Assembly: GCF_017744835.1 (NCBI RefSeq)
Contig: NZ_JAGIAM010000006.1
Coordinates: forward strand, 148,383-212,382
DNA: 64,000 nucleotides
Source of the DNA: Sphingomonas sp.
GTDB lineage: Bacteria; Pseudomonadota; Alphaproteobacteria; Sphingomonadales; Sphingomonadaceae
Reading direction: 5' to 3'
In this document: positions 46,163-55,226 of the stretch, piece after piece
Layout: each line of letters opens with the position of its first letter
Position numbering within the stretch: position 1 is the stretch's first letter
The notes under the pieces: generated by a model
Seen by the model: the letters and a program-made list of their open reading frames with translations, nothing else
Databases searched by the model: none
Told to the model about the DNA's origin: nothing
Translations under genes and position numbers: made by a program

Positions 46163-47188
46163 ATGAATCGAGTGACGCGCCGCGCCTGCCTGGGCGCAAT
46201 GACGGCGCTGCCGATCGCTGCCGTCGCCGCGCGCGCGCAGGCGCCGGCGCAGACGATGGGCACCATCCGGCGCATCGACCCCGAGCTCGATTCGATCCTC
46301 GACGCCGGCACTCCGATCGAAGTGCTCGCCAGCGGCTTCCGCTGGGCCGAGGGCCCGGTATGGGTCAGGGACGGCGGCTTCCTGCTCTTCTCGGACGTCC
46401 CCGCCAACATCGCCTATCGCTGGAAGCAGGGGGAGGGGGCCAAGCCCTTCCTTTCGCCCTCGGGCCTCGGCGGGCCGATTCCCGCCGGCGTGCGCGAGGC
46501 CGGCTCGAACGGCATGGCGATCGACGCCCGGGGTCGGCTGGTCATGGCCGACAGCGGCACCCGCGCCATCGCCCGCGTCGACCTCGCCACCAGGAAGAAG
46601 ACGATTCTCGCCGATCGCTTCCAGGGCAAGCGCTTCAACAGCTGCAACGACGTGGTGATCGCCCGCTCGGGCGCGATCTACTTCACCGATCCGCCCTATG
46701 GCCTGGAGGAGGGCGACCAGTCGCCGCTCAAGGAGCTGGCGTTCAACGGCGTCTATCGTTTGGGCACCGACGGCAAGGTGGCGCTGCTCGACGACAGCCT
46801 CTCGCGCCCCAACGGCATCGGCCTCTCGCCCGATCAGAAGACGCTCTACGTCTCGATGTCCGATGAGAAACGCCCGCACATCCTCGCCTATAGCCTCAGC
46901 GCCGACGGCCTGCCGCAGGGGCCCAGCCGCATCTTCCGCGACATGAGCGCCGAGCTCGCGCAGAAGCTCCCCGGCCTGCCCGACGGGCTCGAGGTCGGCG
47001 CCAGCGGCCATCTCTTCGCCAGCGGCCCCGGCGGGATCCACATCCTCGCGCCCGACGGCCGCCAGCTCGGCGTGATCGCCCCCGGCAAGGCCGCCGCCAA
47101 CTGCGCCTTCGGCGAGGACGGCCGCACGCTGTTCATCACCGCCTCGGACAGCATCGCGCGCGTGCGCCTCAAGATCTCGGGCTGGTGA
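46163..47188 (+). CDS. SMP-30/gluconolactonase-family lactonase, Tat-exported
   Basis: TRRACL Tat motif; WAEGPVW, GSNGMAID, FNSCNDV, YFTDPPYG, PNGIGLSPD, PDGLEV, NCAFG. Confidence 0.9.
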   Translation: MNRVTRRACLGAMTALPIAAVAARAQAPAQTMGTIRRIDPELDSILDAGTPIEVLASGFRWAEGPVWVRDGGFLLFSDVPANIAYRWKQGEGAKPFLSPSGLGGPIPAGVREAGSNGMAIDARGRLVMADSGTRAIARVDLATRKKTILADRFQGKRFNSCNDVVIARSGAIYFTDPPYGLEEGDQSPLKELAFNGVYRLGTDGKVALLDDSLSRPNGIGLSPDQKTLYVSMSDEKRPHILAYSLSADGLPQGPSRIFRDMSAELAQKLPGLPDGLEVGASGHLFASGPGGIHILAPDGRQLGVIAPGKAAANCAFGEDGRTLFITASDSIARVRLKISGW

Positions 47189-47218
47189 CGGGCGCCCTGC
47201 GTCCCTAATATCGGGGGC

Positions 47219-47965
47219 ATGCCCGATCCAGCCGCCATCCCCGCCGCCACGGTCGTCGTCATGCGCGAGGCTGAATCGGGGCCGCCCGAGCTGCTGATGG
47301 TCGAGCGGGCGCGCGCGATGTCCTTCGCCGGCGGCGCGCTCGTCTTCCCCGGCGGCCGAGTCGACCCCGAGGACCGCGCCCTCGCCGAGCTGCTGGGCGG
47401 CGACCAGGACGATCTCGCCGCGCGGATCGCCGCCGTGCGCGAGACGCTCGAGGAGGCGGGCGTCGCGGTCGGGCTCGACGTCTCGCCCAACGCCATCCCC
47501 GAGCTCCGCCGCCGCCTCTACGCCGGCGAGCCGATCGGGGGGCTGCTCGCCGAATATGGTGCCACGCTCGCGCTTGACCGGCTGGTACCCTTCGCCCGCT
47601 GGCTGCCCGAGAAGGTGCCCCACAAGGCGTTCGACACGCGCTTCTACCTCGTCCGCGCGCCCGAGGGCGCAGAGCCCGTGGTCGACGGCAACGAGAATGT
47701 CCGCGTCTTCTGGTCGAGCGCGCGCGCGGTGCTCGCCGCCGCCGACGCGGGGGAGGCGACGATCATCTTCCCCACCCGCCGCAACCTCGAACGGCTCGCG
47801 CTGTTCGGGTCGTTCCAGGACGCCACTGCCGACGCCATCGCGCATCCGGTGCGCACCATCACCCCCTGGATCGAAACCCGCGGGGACGCCGAGCATCTCT
47901 GCATCCCCGACGACCTCGGCTATCCCGTCACTGCGGAGCGGCTCGACCGGGCGATACGCGCGTGA
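47219..47965 (+). CDS. NUDIX hydrolase
   Basis: PAATVVVMRE, MSFAGGALVFPGGRVD, AAVRETLEEAG Nudix box, FDTRFYL, IFPT. Confidence 0.85.
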   Translation: MPDPAAIPAATVVVMREAESGPPELLMVERARAMSFAGGALVFPGGRVDPEDRALAELLGGDQDDLAARIAAVRETLEEAGVAVGLDVSPNAIPELRRRLYAGEPIGGLLAEYGATLALDRLVPFARWLPEKVPHKAFDTRFYLVRAPEGAEPVVDGNENVRVFWSSARAVLAAADAGEATIIFPTRRNLERLALFGSFQDATADAIAHPVRTITPWIETRGDAEHLCIPDDLGYPVTAERLDRAIRA

Positions 47966-48693
47966 AAGCGCTCCGCCGCGCGCTGCGTGCCGCGGCGATC
48001 GGCGCGGCGCTGCTCGCCCTCGCTTTCATCCTCTACGCCCTGCTGCGCAGCCGCCCGCAGGACCTGCCCTGGACCCGGCTCGACCTCGGCCAGCCAATCG
48101 GCCTGTTCACCGGGCGCAAGCTCGCGGGTCTCACCCAGGACTTCCAGCAATGCCGCGCGCTGCTCGCCGCCGCCGGAGTCCGCTACACCCCGCTCGCCCA
48201 GGTCGAGGCGGGCGAGAGTTGCGGCTATTCCGATGGCGTGCGGCTCACGGTCGGCGGGTCGCGCAGCATCGGCTTCAGCCCGCCCAACCTGGGCGTTTCC
48301 TGCCCGGTCGCGGCGGCGCTGGCGATGTGGGAGTGGAACGTGGTCCAGCCCGCCGCCCAGCGCCATTTCGGCCAGCCGGTCGCGACGATCGAGCACCTCG
48401 GCAGCTATTCGTGCCGGCGCATGTACGGCCGCAGCATCGGCGACTGGAGCGAGCATGCCACTGCGGACGCGATCGACGTGGCCGGCTTCCGGCTGAAGGA
48501 CGGGACGCGCATCCGCGTGCTGGCGGACTGGAAGGGGGAGGGCGCCAAGGCCGCTTTCCAGCACGAGGTGCGCGACGGGGCGTGCCGGCTTTTCGCCACC
48601 GTGCTCTCGCCCGATTACAACGCCGCGCATCGCGATCACTTGCATCTCGACCAGGCCGAGCGCGGCGAGATGGGGTGGCGGGCCTGCCGTTGA
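47962..48693 (+). CDS. Extensin-like C-terminal family protein (M15-type Zn peptidase-like motifs)
   Basis: N-terminal TM segment; GSYSCR, SEHATADAID (HxxxxxxD), VLSPDYNAAHRDHLHLD. Confidence 0.8.
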   Translation: MKALRRALRAAAIGAALLALAFILYALLRSRPQDLPWTRLDLGQPIGLFTGRKLAGLTQDFQQCRALLAAAGVRYTPLAQVEAGESCGYSDGVRLTVGGSRSIGFSPPNLGVSCPVAAALAMWEWNVVQPAAQRHFGQPVATIEHLGSYSCRRMYGRSIGDWSEHATADAIDVAGFRLKDGTRIRVLADWKGEGAKAAFQHEVRDGACRLFATVLSPDYNAAHRDHLHLDQAERGEMGWRACR

Positions 48694-48729
48694 GCTACCC
48701 CTTCCCGGCGGGCGGGAAGGGGGTCGACT

Positions 48730-49281
48730 TCAGTCCTGGAGCGTGGGGGCGTCCACCTTCTCCACCCACTGGGGGAAGAAGGCCGGCTGGCGGCTCGACC
48801 AGCCCGAGGCAGTCGCCGCGGCTTCGCTGATCGACTGGAGCAGCTTGCGCCGCAGGTCCGGGTGCAGCGTCGGCAGCGCCGCCGCCGCGCAGAAGGCGGA
48901 AGGCAGCCACGGCCGCACTTCGGCGCCGATCAGCCGCTCGTACAGGAAGCGATAGGCCGAGAAGCTCGTCAGCCGCCCCTGCGCGAGGTCGAACGCGGTG
49001 ACCGTGATCAGCGGCGCCAGGAACGGCTCCACTGCGTTCAGGTCGTCCTCGTCGGGCAGCAGCGCGCGGATCTCTTCCAGCCGCTCGTACATGCGCGCCT
49101 GCGCGCGGATGCTCGCGGCCTCGACCACGTCGCGCGACCAGCGCGCCATCGCGTCCTCGCGCTCCAGCCCGATGTCGAGCCCCCGCCGGATATAGCGCTG
49201 CGTCGCCGCGCTGAACCCCGCAAATTCCTTCATTTCGGCCAGCGTCATAGCGCCTTCGGCCGGCTTCATCCTTGATGCCAT
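48730..49281 (-). CDS. Hypothetical protein (alternative start 49248)
   Basis: Clean ORF with host-like codon usage, globular composition (MTLAEMKEFAGFSAATQRYIRR...FSAYRFLYERL). Confidence 0.7.
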   Translation of the reverse strand: MASRMKPAEGAMTLAEMKEFAGFSAATQRYIRRGLDIGLEREDAMARWSRDVVEAASIRAQARMYERLEEIRALLPDEDDLNAVEPFLAPLITVTAFDLAQGRLTSFSAYRFLYERLIGAEVRPWLPSAFCAAAALPTLHPDLRRKLLQSISEAAATASGWSSRQPAFFPQWVEKVDAPTLQD

Positions 49282-49697
49282 CTCTACGTCACTCCCGCCC
49301 GCTCATCCCCTCGGGCAGGATCATGCGACAAGATGGTTAACGTGCCGCTTAATCCGCCGTTGGGCCCCGTTCATTATAGGAGACCCAAAGCCGCCGCCGC
49401 GCAACGCAGCTTGCGACGAACGGATTCGCCGATTGTGGACAGAATCGCGAGGGGGACGAGCGCGAAACGACGCTACGATCGGGCCGGATTCGGCGGCCTT
49501 CGCGAGCCCTCGAAAGCCTCCGAACACGCCATTTTTAGCCAAATACTTACGGAGAATTCCTGAGCCGTTTCGTGCGGTTCCGCAGCCCGTCGGCTCGTCG
49601 CAACGGTTCGTCGGATCGGGGAGTCGCAGGGCTGTACCTTCGTTCTATGTTTTGGCTAGCAACACTCAACGCACTTTGGTTTCGGCCGGGGGGTCGC

Positions 49698-50282
49698 ATG
49701 AATTTTCGTGGTTTCGCAGCGCGTTTCGCGCTGACGGCAGCGCTTTGCCTGGCGACTGCCATGCCTGCCCAGGCAAAGGGCATGTTTTGGCAGTGCGCCC
49801 AGTTCGCGCGTGTCACCTCCGACGTGAAGATCCGGGGCGACGCCTGGACCTGGTGGTCGCAGGCCGAGGGCCGCTACGAGCGCGGCAATGCGCCCAAGGA
49901 AGGCGCGATCATGTCTTTCAAGAAGACGTCGCACAATCCGTTCGGCCATGTCGCGATCGTCTCGCAGGTGGTGAGCGACCGCGAGGTGCTGCTCACCCAC
50001 GCCAACTGGTCGCGTCCCGGCGGCATCGAGCATGACGTCCGCGCCGTCGACGTCTCGCCGGCCGGCGACTGGAGCGAGGTCCGCGTGTGGTACGCTCCCG
50101 TGGGCGGCCTCGGCGGCACTACTTATCCGGTCAACGGCTTCATCTACGCCGATGGCGCGCCGGAGGACGAGGCGCCGCAGTGGACCGCGCCGCAGATCGC
50201 CCAGGCGGCTCCGGCCACCCAGCAGCCGCGCGTCATCTACGCGTCGATGTCGATCAACCCGACCGTCTTCCACGCCAACTGA
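49698..50282 (+). CDS. CHAP-domain peptidoglycan amidase/peptidase
   Basis: Signal peptide; WQCAQFAR catalytic Cys, GDAWTWW, FGHVAIV catalytic His, THANW. Confidence 0.88.
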   Translation: MNFRGFAARFALTAALCLATAMPAQAKGMFWQCAQFARVTSDVKIRGDAWTWWSQAEGRYERGNAPKEGAIMSFKKTSHNPFGHVAIVSQVVSDREVLLTHANWSRPGGIEHDVRAVDVSPAGDWSEVRVWYAPVGGLGGTTYPVNGFIYADGAPEDEAPQWTAPQIAQAAPATQQPRVIYASMSINPTVFHAN

Positions 50283-50297
50283 GGCGGGTAGCTCCTC

Positions 50298-50339
50298 AAA
50301 AGCAAAAAGGCCGGGCGCGCTGCCCGGCCTTTTTTGTTT
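50298..50339. terminator. Bidirectional intrinsic terminator
   Basis: AAAAAGGCCGGGC-gcgct-GCCCGGCCTTTTT between convergent genes. Confidence 0.85.
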
Positions 50340-50358
50340 GGGCTTCGCGCCGGGCGCG

Positions 50359-50925
50359 TCAGCCCTTGCACTCGCCCAGCCGCGTGCCCTGGGCGCGAAG
50401 CTGCAGCGCCAGATAGCCCGGCTGCCCCGCGGTGCCGCTGCGCTGGTCGAGCGTCACGTCGAAGCGGTCGTTCGCGGTGGTCCCGTGCGCGGTAATGTGC
50501 ATCGCCGCGCCGTTCGGCTGCTTGCACTCGATCTCGGCGTCGAGCTGGCCGCCGACCAGCGAATAGCGCGGGAAGCGGCATTCGCCCGCGACCTTTTCGA
50601 GCTGCTCGAGGTCGATCGCCTTGAGGTCCTTCGCGCCGCGGCAGGCGGTCGTGCTGCGCTCCTGGCCCTTGAGCTGCACCATCTTGGGGTCGTCCGCCGC
50701 CAGCGGGCCGCTGCCCGTGTCCGCCGAAAGCACGTGCAGCTCGAGCCGCCACTCGCCGGGCTTCATCGTCCGCTTGGCCTGCGCCGCCTTCATCAGCTTC
50801 GAGACTTGGGCCGAAGTGGCGTCGCTCACCTGGATCTCCCCCGTCTCGGCCGCGCGCTTCTCCTCGGCGGACTGGCAGGCGGAAAGCGCGGGAAGGATCA
50901 GTGCCAAAGCGATAACGGCGCGCAT
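50359..50925 (-). CDS. Lipoprotein, DUF3617-like
   Basis: MRAVIALALILPALSAC lipobox; MKPGEW, C...ECRF...GGQLDAEIEC, RLGEC pattern. Confidence 0.7.
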   Translation of the reverse strand: MRAVIALALILPALSACQSAEEKRAAETGEIQVSDATSAQVSKLMKAAQAKRTMKPGEWRLELHVLSADTGSGPLAADDPKMVQLKGQERSTTACRGAKDLKAIDLEQLEKVAGECRFPRYSLVGGQLDAEIECKQPNGAAMHITAHGTTANDRFDVTLDQRSGTAGQPGYLALQLRAQGTRLGECKG

Positions 50926-51028
50926 GCGTGGAAAACCCCTCGGAATGTCTCTCGATCGTTCCTCACCCCAAATGACCCCGTTTGGCAATGCGGAGGTTGG
51001 AACATAGGCGAAGCCGTGGGCCTGGCTG

Positions 51029-51077
51029 ATCCTCCCCCGCCAAGGGAGGTGGCGCGCGAAGCGCGACGGAGGGGGAG
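51029..51077 (+). repeat. REP/CIR-like palindromic intergenic element
   Basis: ATCCTCCCC..GGGAGG..GCGCG.nnn.GCGCG..GGAGGGGG; a similar unit lies at 61286-61338. Confidence 0.55.
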
Positions 51078-51172
51078 AAAGCACGTAGGCTTCCTCCGAA
51101 AGCGGCAAGAGCCAGCATCTCATTGGAACCACGCGATTCTTCCCGCTGTCTTACAGCCCGAGAGAATGTTAT

Positions 51173-51187
51173 GTTCGTCATATGTTC
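51173..51187 (+). promoter_or_regulatory. Alphaproteobacterial LexA (SOS) box GTTC-N7-GTTC
   Basis: GTTC-gtcatat-GTTC, overlapping a TATGTT -10-like hexamer (51170-51175) and ATG 51182. Confidence 0.7.
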
Positions 51188-51469
51188 CGATTCCACTCGC
51201 TCGTGCAACGCCTCGGCGCGGTCATGGTGGCGGCGATGATCCTGCTGGTCGCCGCGCTGTCGCCGGCTGCAGCGTCCGCGCCGCCGGTGGCGCGGGTTTG
51301 GACGGTGGAGCTCCAGCCCGGGACGCCGCGCACGGAGAGGCAATCGGGATTCGACATCCCGGAGCCGCCTTTGCGCGAATCGGTTCCGATAGCCCCGACG
51401 CCATCCAACCGGCGCGCGATGGCGCTCGGCCCGTCGCCGATCCGTCGCCTGCCAGCGCATTGCGGCTGA
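51182..51469 (+). CDS. Small secreted or membrane protein (95 aa), candidate SOS-regulated
   Basis: Basic N-region, hydrophobic LGAVMVAAMILLVAALSPAAASA, Pro-rich tail; fills the gap before uvrB. Confidence 0.5.
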   Translation: MFRFHSLVQRLGAVMVAAMILLVAALSPAAASAPPVARVWTVELQPGTPRTERQSGFDIPEPPLRESVPIAPTPSNRRAMALGPSPIRRLPAHCG

Positions 51470-51498
51470 ATCGATGATCGTGGGAACCCGGGGGAGGG

Positions 51499-51534
51499 TG
51501 TCCACTTTGTCAACTTCCGCCGTGTCTACTTCCG
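51499..51534 (-). repeat. 36-bp triple-repeat motif, copy 2
   Basis: Reverse complement CGGAAGTAGACACGGCGGAAGTTGACAAAGTGGACA, 33/36 identical to 38516-38551. Confidence 0.8.
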
Positions 51535-51584
51535 CCCGCGCCGCATCGGTTTGCGTCTGTACGTAGAGGCCCCATATCCGAGCC

Positions 51585-53780
51585 ATGCCGATCCAGATTC
51601 GCACCAGCCTCGCCGAGCCCGAGACCGGACCCGCGTTCGTCCCACATCGCCCGCAGCGCCCTGAGAAGAGCGAAGGCGGCAAGCGATTCAAGCTCGTCTC
51701 GGATTATCAGCCTTCGGGCGACCAGCGCTTCGCCATCCCCGAGCTGGTCGAGCAGGCGCAGGCCGGCGAGCGCGACCAAGTGCTGCTAGGCGTCACCGGC
51801 TCGGGCAAGACCTATACCATGGCCAAGGTGATCGAGGAGCTGCAGCGCCCCGCGCTGATCCTCGCGCCCAACAAGATCCTCGCCGCCCAGCTCTACGGCG
51901 AGTTCAAGAGCTTCTTCCCCGAGAACGCGGTCGAATATTTCGTCAGCTATTACGACTATTACCAGCCCGAGGCGTACGTCCCCCGCTCGGACACCTACAT
52001 CGAGAAGGAAAGCTCGGTGAACGAGGCGATCGACCGGATGCGCCACTCGGCCACCCGTGCGCTGCTCGAGCGCGACGACGTCGTCATCGTCGCCTCGGTC
52101 TCGTGCCTCTACGGCATCGGCTCGGTCGAGACCTATTCGGCGATGATCTTCGACCTCAAGAAGGGTCAGGTCGTCGACCAGCGCGAGATCATCCGCAAGC
52201 TCGTCGCGCTCCAGTACAAGCGCAACGACGCCGCCTTCACCCGCGGCGCCTTCCGCGTCCGCGGCGACAGCCTCGAGATCTTCCCCTCGCACTATGAGGA
52301 CAGCGCCTGGCGCGTCTCCTTCTTCGGCGACGAGATCGAGGAGATCACCGAGTTCGATCCGCTCACCGGCGGCAAGGTAGCGAGCCTCGACTATGTCCGG
52401 GTCTTCGCCAATTCGCACTATGTCACGCCGGGCCCGACGATGAAGCAGGCGATGGAGGGCATCCGCCACGAGCTCGCCGAGCGGTTGAAGGAGCTGGAAG
52501 CCGAGGGAAAATTGCTCGAGCACCAGCGGCTCGAGCAGCGCACCAATTTCGACCTCGAGATGATCGCCGCCACCGGCTCGTGCGCGGGCATCGAGAATTA
52601 CAGCCGCTTCCTGACCGGGCGGCTGCCCGGCGAGCCGCCGCCCACCTTGTTCGAATATCTGCCCGAGAACGCATTGCTCTTCGTCGACGAGAGCCACCAG
52701 ACGATCGGCCAGATCAACGGCATGTCGCGCGGTGACCACAAGCGGAAGATCACCCTCGCCGAATATGGCTTTCGCCTGCCATCGGCGATCGACAACCGTC
52801 CGCTTCGCTTCAACGAATGGGACGCGATGCGCCCGCAGACCGTCTATGTCTCGGCGACGCCCGGCGATTGGGAGATGGAGCAGACCGGCGGCGTCTTCGT
52901 CGAGCAGGTGATCCGCCCCACTGGCCTGATCGACCCGCCGGTCGAGATCAAGCCGGTCGAGGAGCAGGTCCAGGACCTGATCCAGGAGTGCAAGGCCACT
53001 ACCGCCAAGGGCTATCGCACCCTCGTCACTACCCTGACCAAGCGTATGGCCGAGGATCTGACCGAGTATATGCACGAGGCGGGGGTCAAGGTCCGCTACA
53101 TGCATTCGGACACCGAGACGCTCGAGCGCATCGAGCTGATCCGCGACCTGCGGCTGGGCGTGTATGACGTGCTGGTAGGCATCAACCTGCTGCGCGAGGG
53201 GCTCGACATTCCCGAATGCGGCCTCGTCGCGATCCTCGATGCCGACAAGGAAGGCTTCCTGCGCTCCGAGACATCGCTGATCCAGACCATCGGCCGCGCC
53301 GCGCGCAACGTCGAGGGGCGGGTGATCCTCTATGCCGATCGCATGACCGGCAGCATGGAGCGCGCGCTCGCCGAGACCAATCGCCGCCGCGAGAAGCAGC
53401 AGCAGTATAATCTCGAGCACGGAATCACGCCCGAGACGGTCAAGAAGAACATCGGCGACATCATCGCGCATGTCGCATCGAAGGATCAGGTCACCGTCGA
53501 GATCGACGAGGACCGGCCGCACATGGTCGGCCACAATCTGCGCGCGTACATCGAGGAGCTCGAGAAGAAGATGCGCGACGCCGCCGCCAACCTCGAGTTC
53601 GAGGAAGCCGGTCGCCTCCGCGACGAGATCCGCGCGCTCGAGGCCGAGGAGCTCGGTCTGCCGGCCGACGAGCACAGGGCGCCGATCATGGGCCGCTCGA
53701 ACGAAGGCAAGCCCGGCACGCGCAAGACGCGCTACGGCAAGACGCAGAAGACCCGGATGGGCGGCCCGCGCCGGCGTTGA
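51585..53780 (+). CDS. uvrB: Excinuclease ABC subunit B
   Basis: [73 protein letters not shown]. Confidence 0.98.
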   Translation: MPIQIRTSLAEPETGPAFVPHRPQRPEKSEGGKRFKLVSDYQPSGDQRFAIPELVEQAQAGERDQVLLGVTGSGKTYTMAKVIEELQRPALILAPNKILAAQLYGEFKSFFPENAVEYFVSYYDYYQPEAYVPRSDTYIEKESSVNEAIDRMRHSATRALLERDDVVIVASVSCLYGIGSVETYSAMIFDLKKGQVVDQREIIRKLVALQYKRNDAAFTRGAFRVRGDSLEIFPSHYEDSAWRVSFFGDEIEEITEFDPLTGGKVASLDYVRVFANSHYVTPGPTMKQAMEGIRHELAERLKELEAEGKLLEHQRLEQRTNFDLEMIAATGSCAGIENYSRFLTGRLPGEPPPTLFEYLPENALLFVDESHQTIGQINGMSRGDHKRKITLAEYGFRLPSAIDNRPLRFNEWDAMRPQTVYVSATPGDWEMEQTGGVFVEQVIRPTGLIDPPVEIKPVEEQVQDLIQECKATTAKGYRTLVTTLTKRMAEDLTEYMHEAGVKVRYMHSDTETLERIELIRDLRLGVYDVLVGINLLREGLDIPECGLVAILDADKEGFLRSETSLIQTIGRAARNVEGRVILYADRMTGSMERALAETNRRREKQQQYNLEHGITPETVKKNIGDIIAHVASKDQVTVEIDEDRPHMVGHNLRAYIEELEKKMRDAAANLEFEEAGRLRDEIRALEAEELGLPADEHRAPIMGRSNEGKPGTRKTRYGKTQKTRMGGPRRR

Positions 53781-53852
53781 GCAAAGGTGCAGGATTCCGT
53801 AGCGTAAATCGCGCCCCTGCGGTCATTACGGAATGGTAGCGCGGGGGCAGGG

Positions 53853-54314
53853 GTGCTTTGGCGGGGCGGCACGGGGGAGATCCTATTGTCGTCGATCAAG
53901 GCCATCTGCGAAGAGCATCGCGCGCTTGAGGCGCGGGCGGCGCAGCTGCTCAGGATCGTCGGCTCGCCCGTCGCCGATCCCGCTGCGGTGACTGCGCTGC
54001 GCTGGGGCATGGCCCAGGCGCTGGTCGATCATTGCGCGCACGAGGAGCGCGAGGTCTATGCCCTGCTCTTCGCGTCGGGCGACGACCCGGCGATCGCCGT
54101 GGCCGGGCGCTTCCGTGCCGATCACGACGCGCTCGCCCGCCGCTTCGCCGGCTATGTCGCCGCCTGGCCGATCGCCCGAATCGCGCGCGAATGGGAAGTC
54201 TTCCGCAGCGACACCGCCGAGCTGGTGATCGAGATCAAGCGCCGCATCACTGCCGAAGAGGCCGAGCTCCATCCCCACTATGAGCGCCTCGCCGATCGTC
54301 GCGCGGCTGCCTGA
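53853..54314 (+). CDS. Hemerythrin-like domain protein
   Basis: EEHRAL, DHCAHEE..VY, ADHDAL, RITAEEAELHP four-helix pattern; the last His ligand appears replaced by Arg. Confidence 0.65.
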   Translation: MLWRGGTGEILLSSIKAICEEHRALEARAAQLLRIVGSPVADPAAVTALRWGMAQALVDHCAHEEREVYALLFASGDDPAIAVAGRFRADHDALARRFAGYVAAWPIARIAREWEVFRSDTAELVIEIKRRITAEEAELHPHYERLADRRAAA

Positions 54315-54356
54315 GGGCGGTTGAGCCGCCCGGGCACTTCGCCCATAAGGCTCGGA

Positions 54357-54881
54357 ATGCGCCGCCTGTCCGTCTCCGCCGCCGCGCTGTTCGCGCTCGC
54401 CGGCTGCTCCGAAGCCGTGATTCCGTCGCGGCCTGCTCCCCCCGTTCCGGCGCCTGCGCCAGCGCCGCCGCCCGCGCCCAGGCCCGCGCCACCCACCTCC
54501 GCCGACTGGCGCGACTGGCCGCTGACTCCCGGCACCTGGACCTGGCGCCACGACGCAGGCGGCACGATCGCCGAATTCGCCGGCGGCGAGCTGTCGCTGC
54601 GCTGCGACCGCGCCCGCGGCCGCGTGCAATTCTCGCGCCGCGCCGTCGCCGTCCCGCCCGCGCCGGTCAACGTCAACGTCCGCACCACCAGCATGGCCCG
54701 CACGCTCCAGCTCCAGCCGTCGGGTGCCAGCCTCGTCGCCGATCTCGGCGCGCGCGACACGCTGCTCGATGCGATCGGCTACAGCCGCGGGCGGTTCGTA
54801 GTGGAGGGAGGCGGAATGCCGACCTTGGTCGTGCCGGCCTGGGCCGAGACGCTGCGCGTGATCGAGGATTGCCGGGGCTGA
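54357..54881 (+). CDS. Hypothetical lipoprotein with Pro-rich linker
   Basis: MRRLSVSAAALFALAGC lipobox; DWRDWPLTPGTWTW; DTLLDAIGYSRGRF. Confidence 0.7.
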   Translation: MRRLSVSAAALFALAGCSEAVIPSRPAPPVPAPAPAPPPAPRPAPPTSADWRDWPLTPGTWTWRHDAGGTIAEFAGGELSLRCDRARGRVQFSRRAVAVPPAPVNVNVRTTSMARTLQLQPSGASLVADLGARDTLLDAIGYSRGRFVVEGGGMPTLVVPAWAETLRVIEDCRG

Positions 54882-55036
54882 GTCGTGTAGCGACGCACGT
54901 GCCGCGAACCACAGAACTCTGAGAATCGCACCATCTTCGCTGCAAAACAAGACTTGTTCTGCGACTCGCACTGATTCAAGATTCGCCCGTGCCTTGAAGG
55001 CACACGGCTCTTCAACAAGCGAAAGGAGGTGATCCG

Positions 55037-55093
55037 ATGTCTCATGGTTCAGCAGTGAGGTCGGTTCAGTTCGTTCGGGAGACGCGCCGCTGA
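55037..55093 (+). CDS. 18-aa small ORF MSHGSAVRSVQFVRETRR within a structured transcript
   Basis: Preceded by AAAGGAGGTGATCC (55022-55035), a 14-nt perfect complement of the 16S rRNA 3' end. Confidence 0.5.
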   Translation: MSHGSAVRSVQFVRETRR

Positions 55094-55226
55094 GCTGAAG
55101 GCGCGGACGGAAGCCCTCCGTCCGTTCGCAAGCGGGAGGTATCCTCCTCCAATCAACGCTTGCAGCCTCCGGCAAATGCGGCCCGCATGGTCTCCCGGGC
55201 TGGAGCTTCCGGCCGCTGACCATGTC

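Noticed and set aside
49337-49352. CtrA box in the promoter region of 48730-49281 and CHAP
   Set aside because: TTAA-N8-TTAA has the wrong spacing (consensus N7). Four nearby GANTC sites are suggestive but insufficient.
53834-53843. TGGTAGCGCG before the hemerythrin-like gene as another LacI site
   Set aside because: Only the left half matches; no palindrome.
55022-55035. 16S rRNA fragment
   Set aside because: Complementarity ends after 14 nt (continues GATG, not AGCCGC); better read as an extended Shine-Dalgarno.
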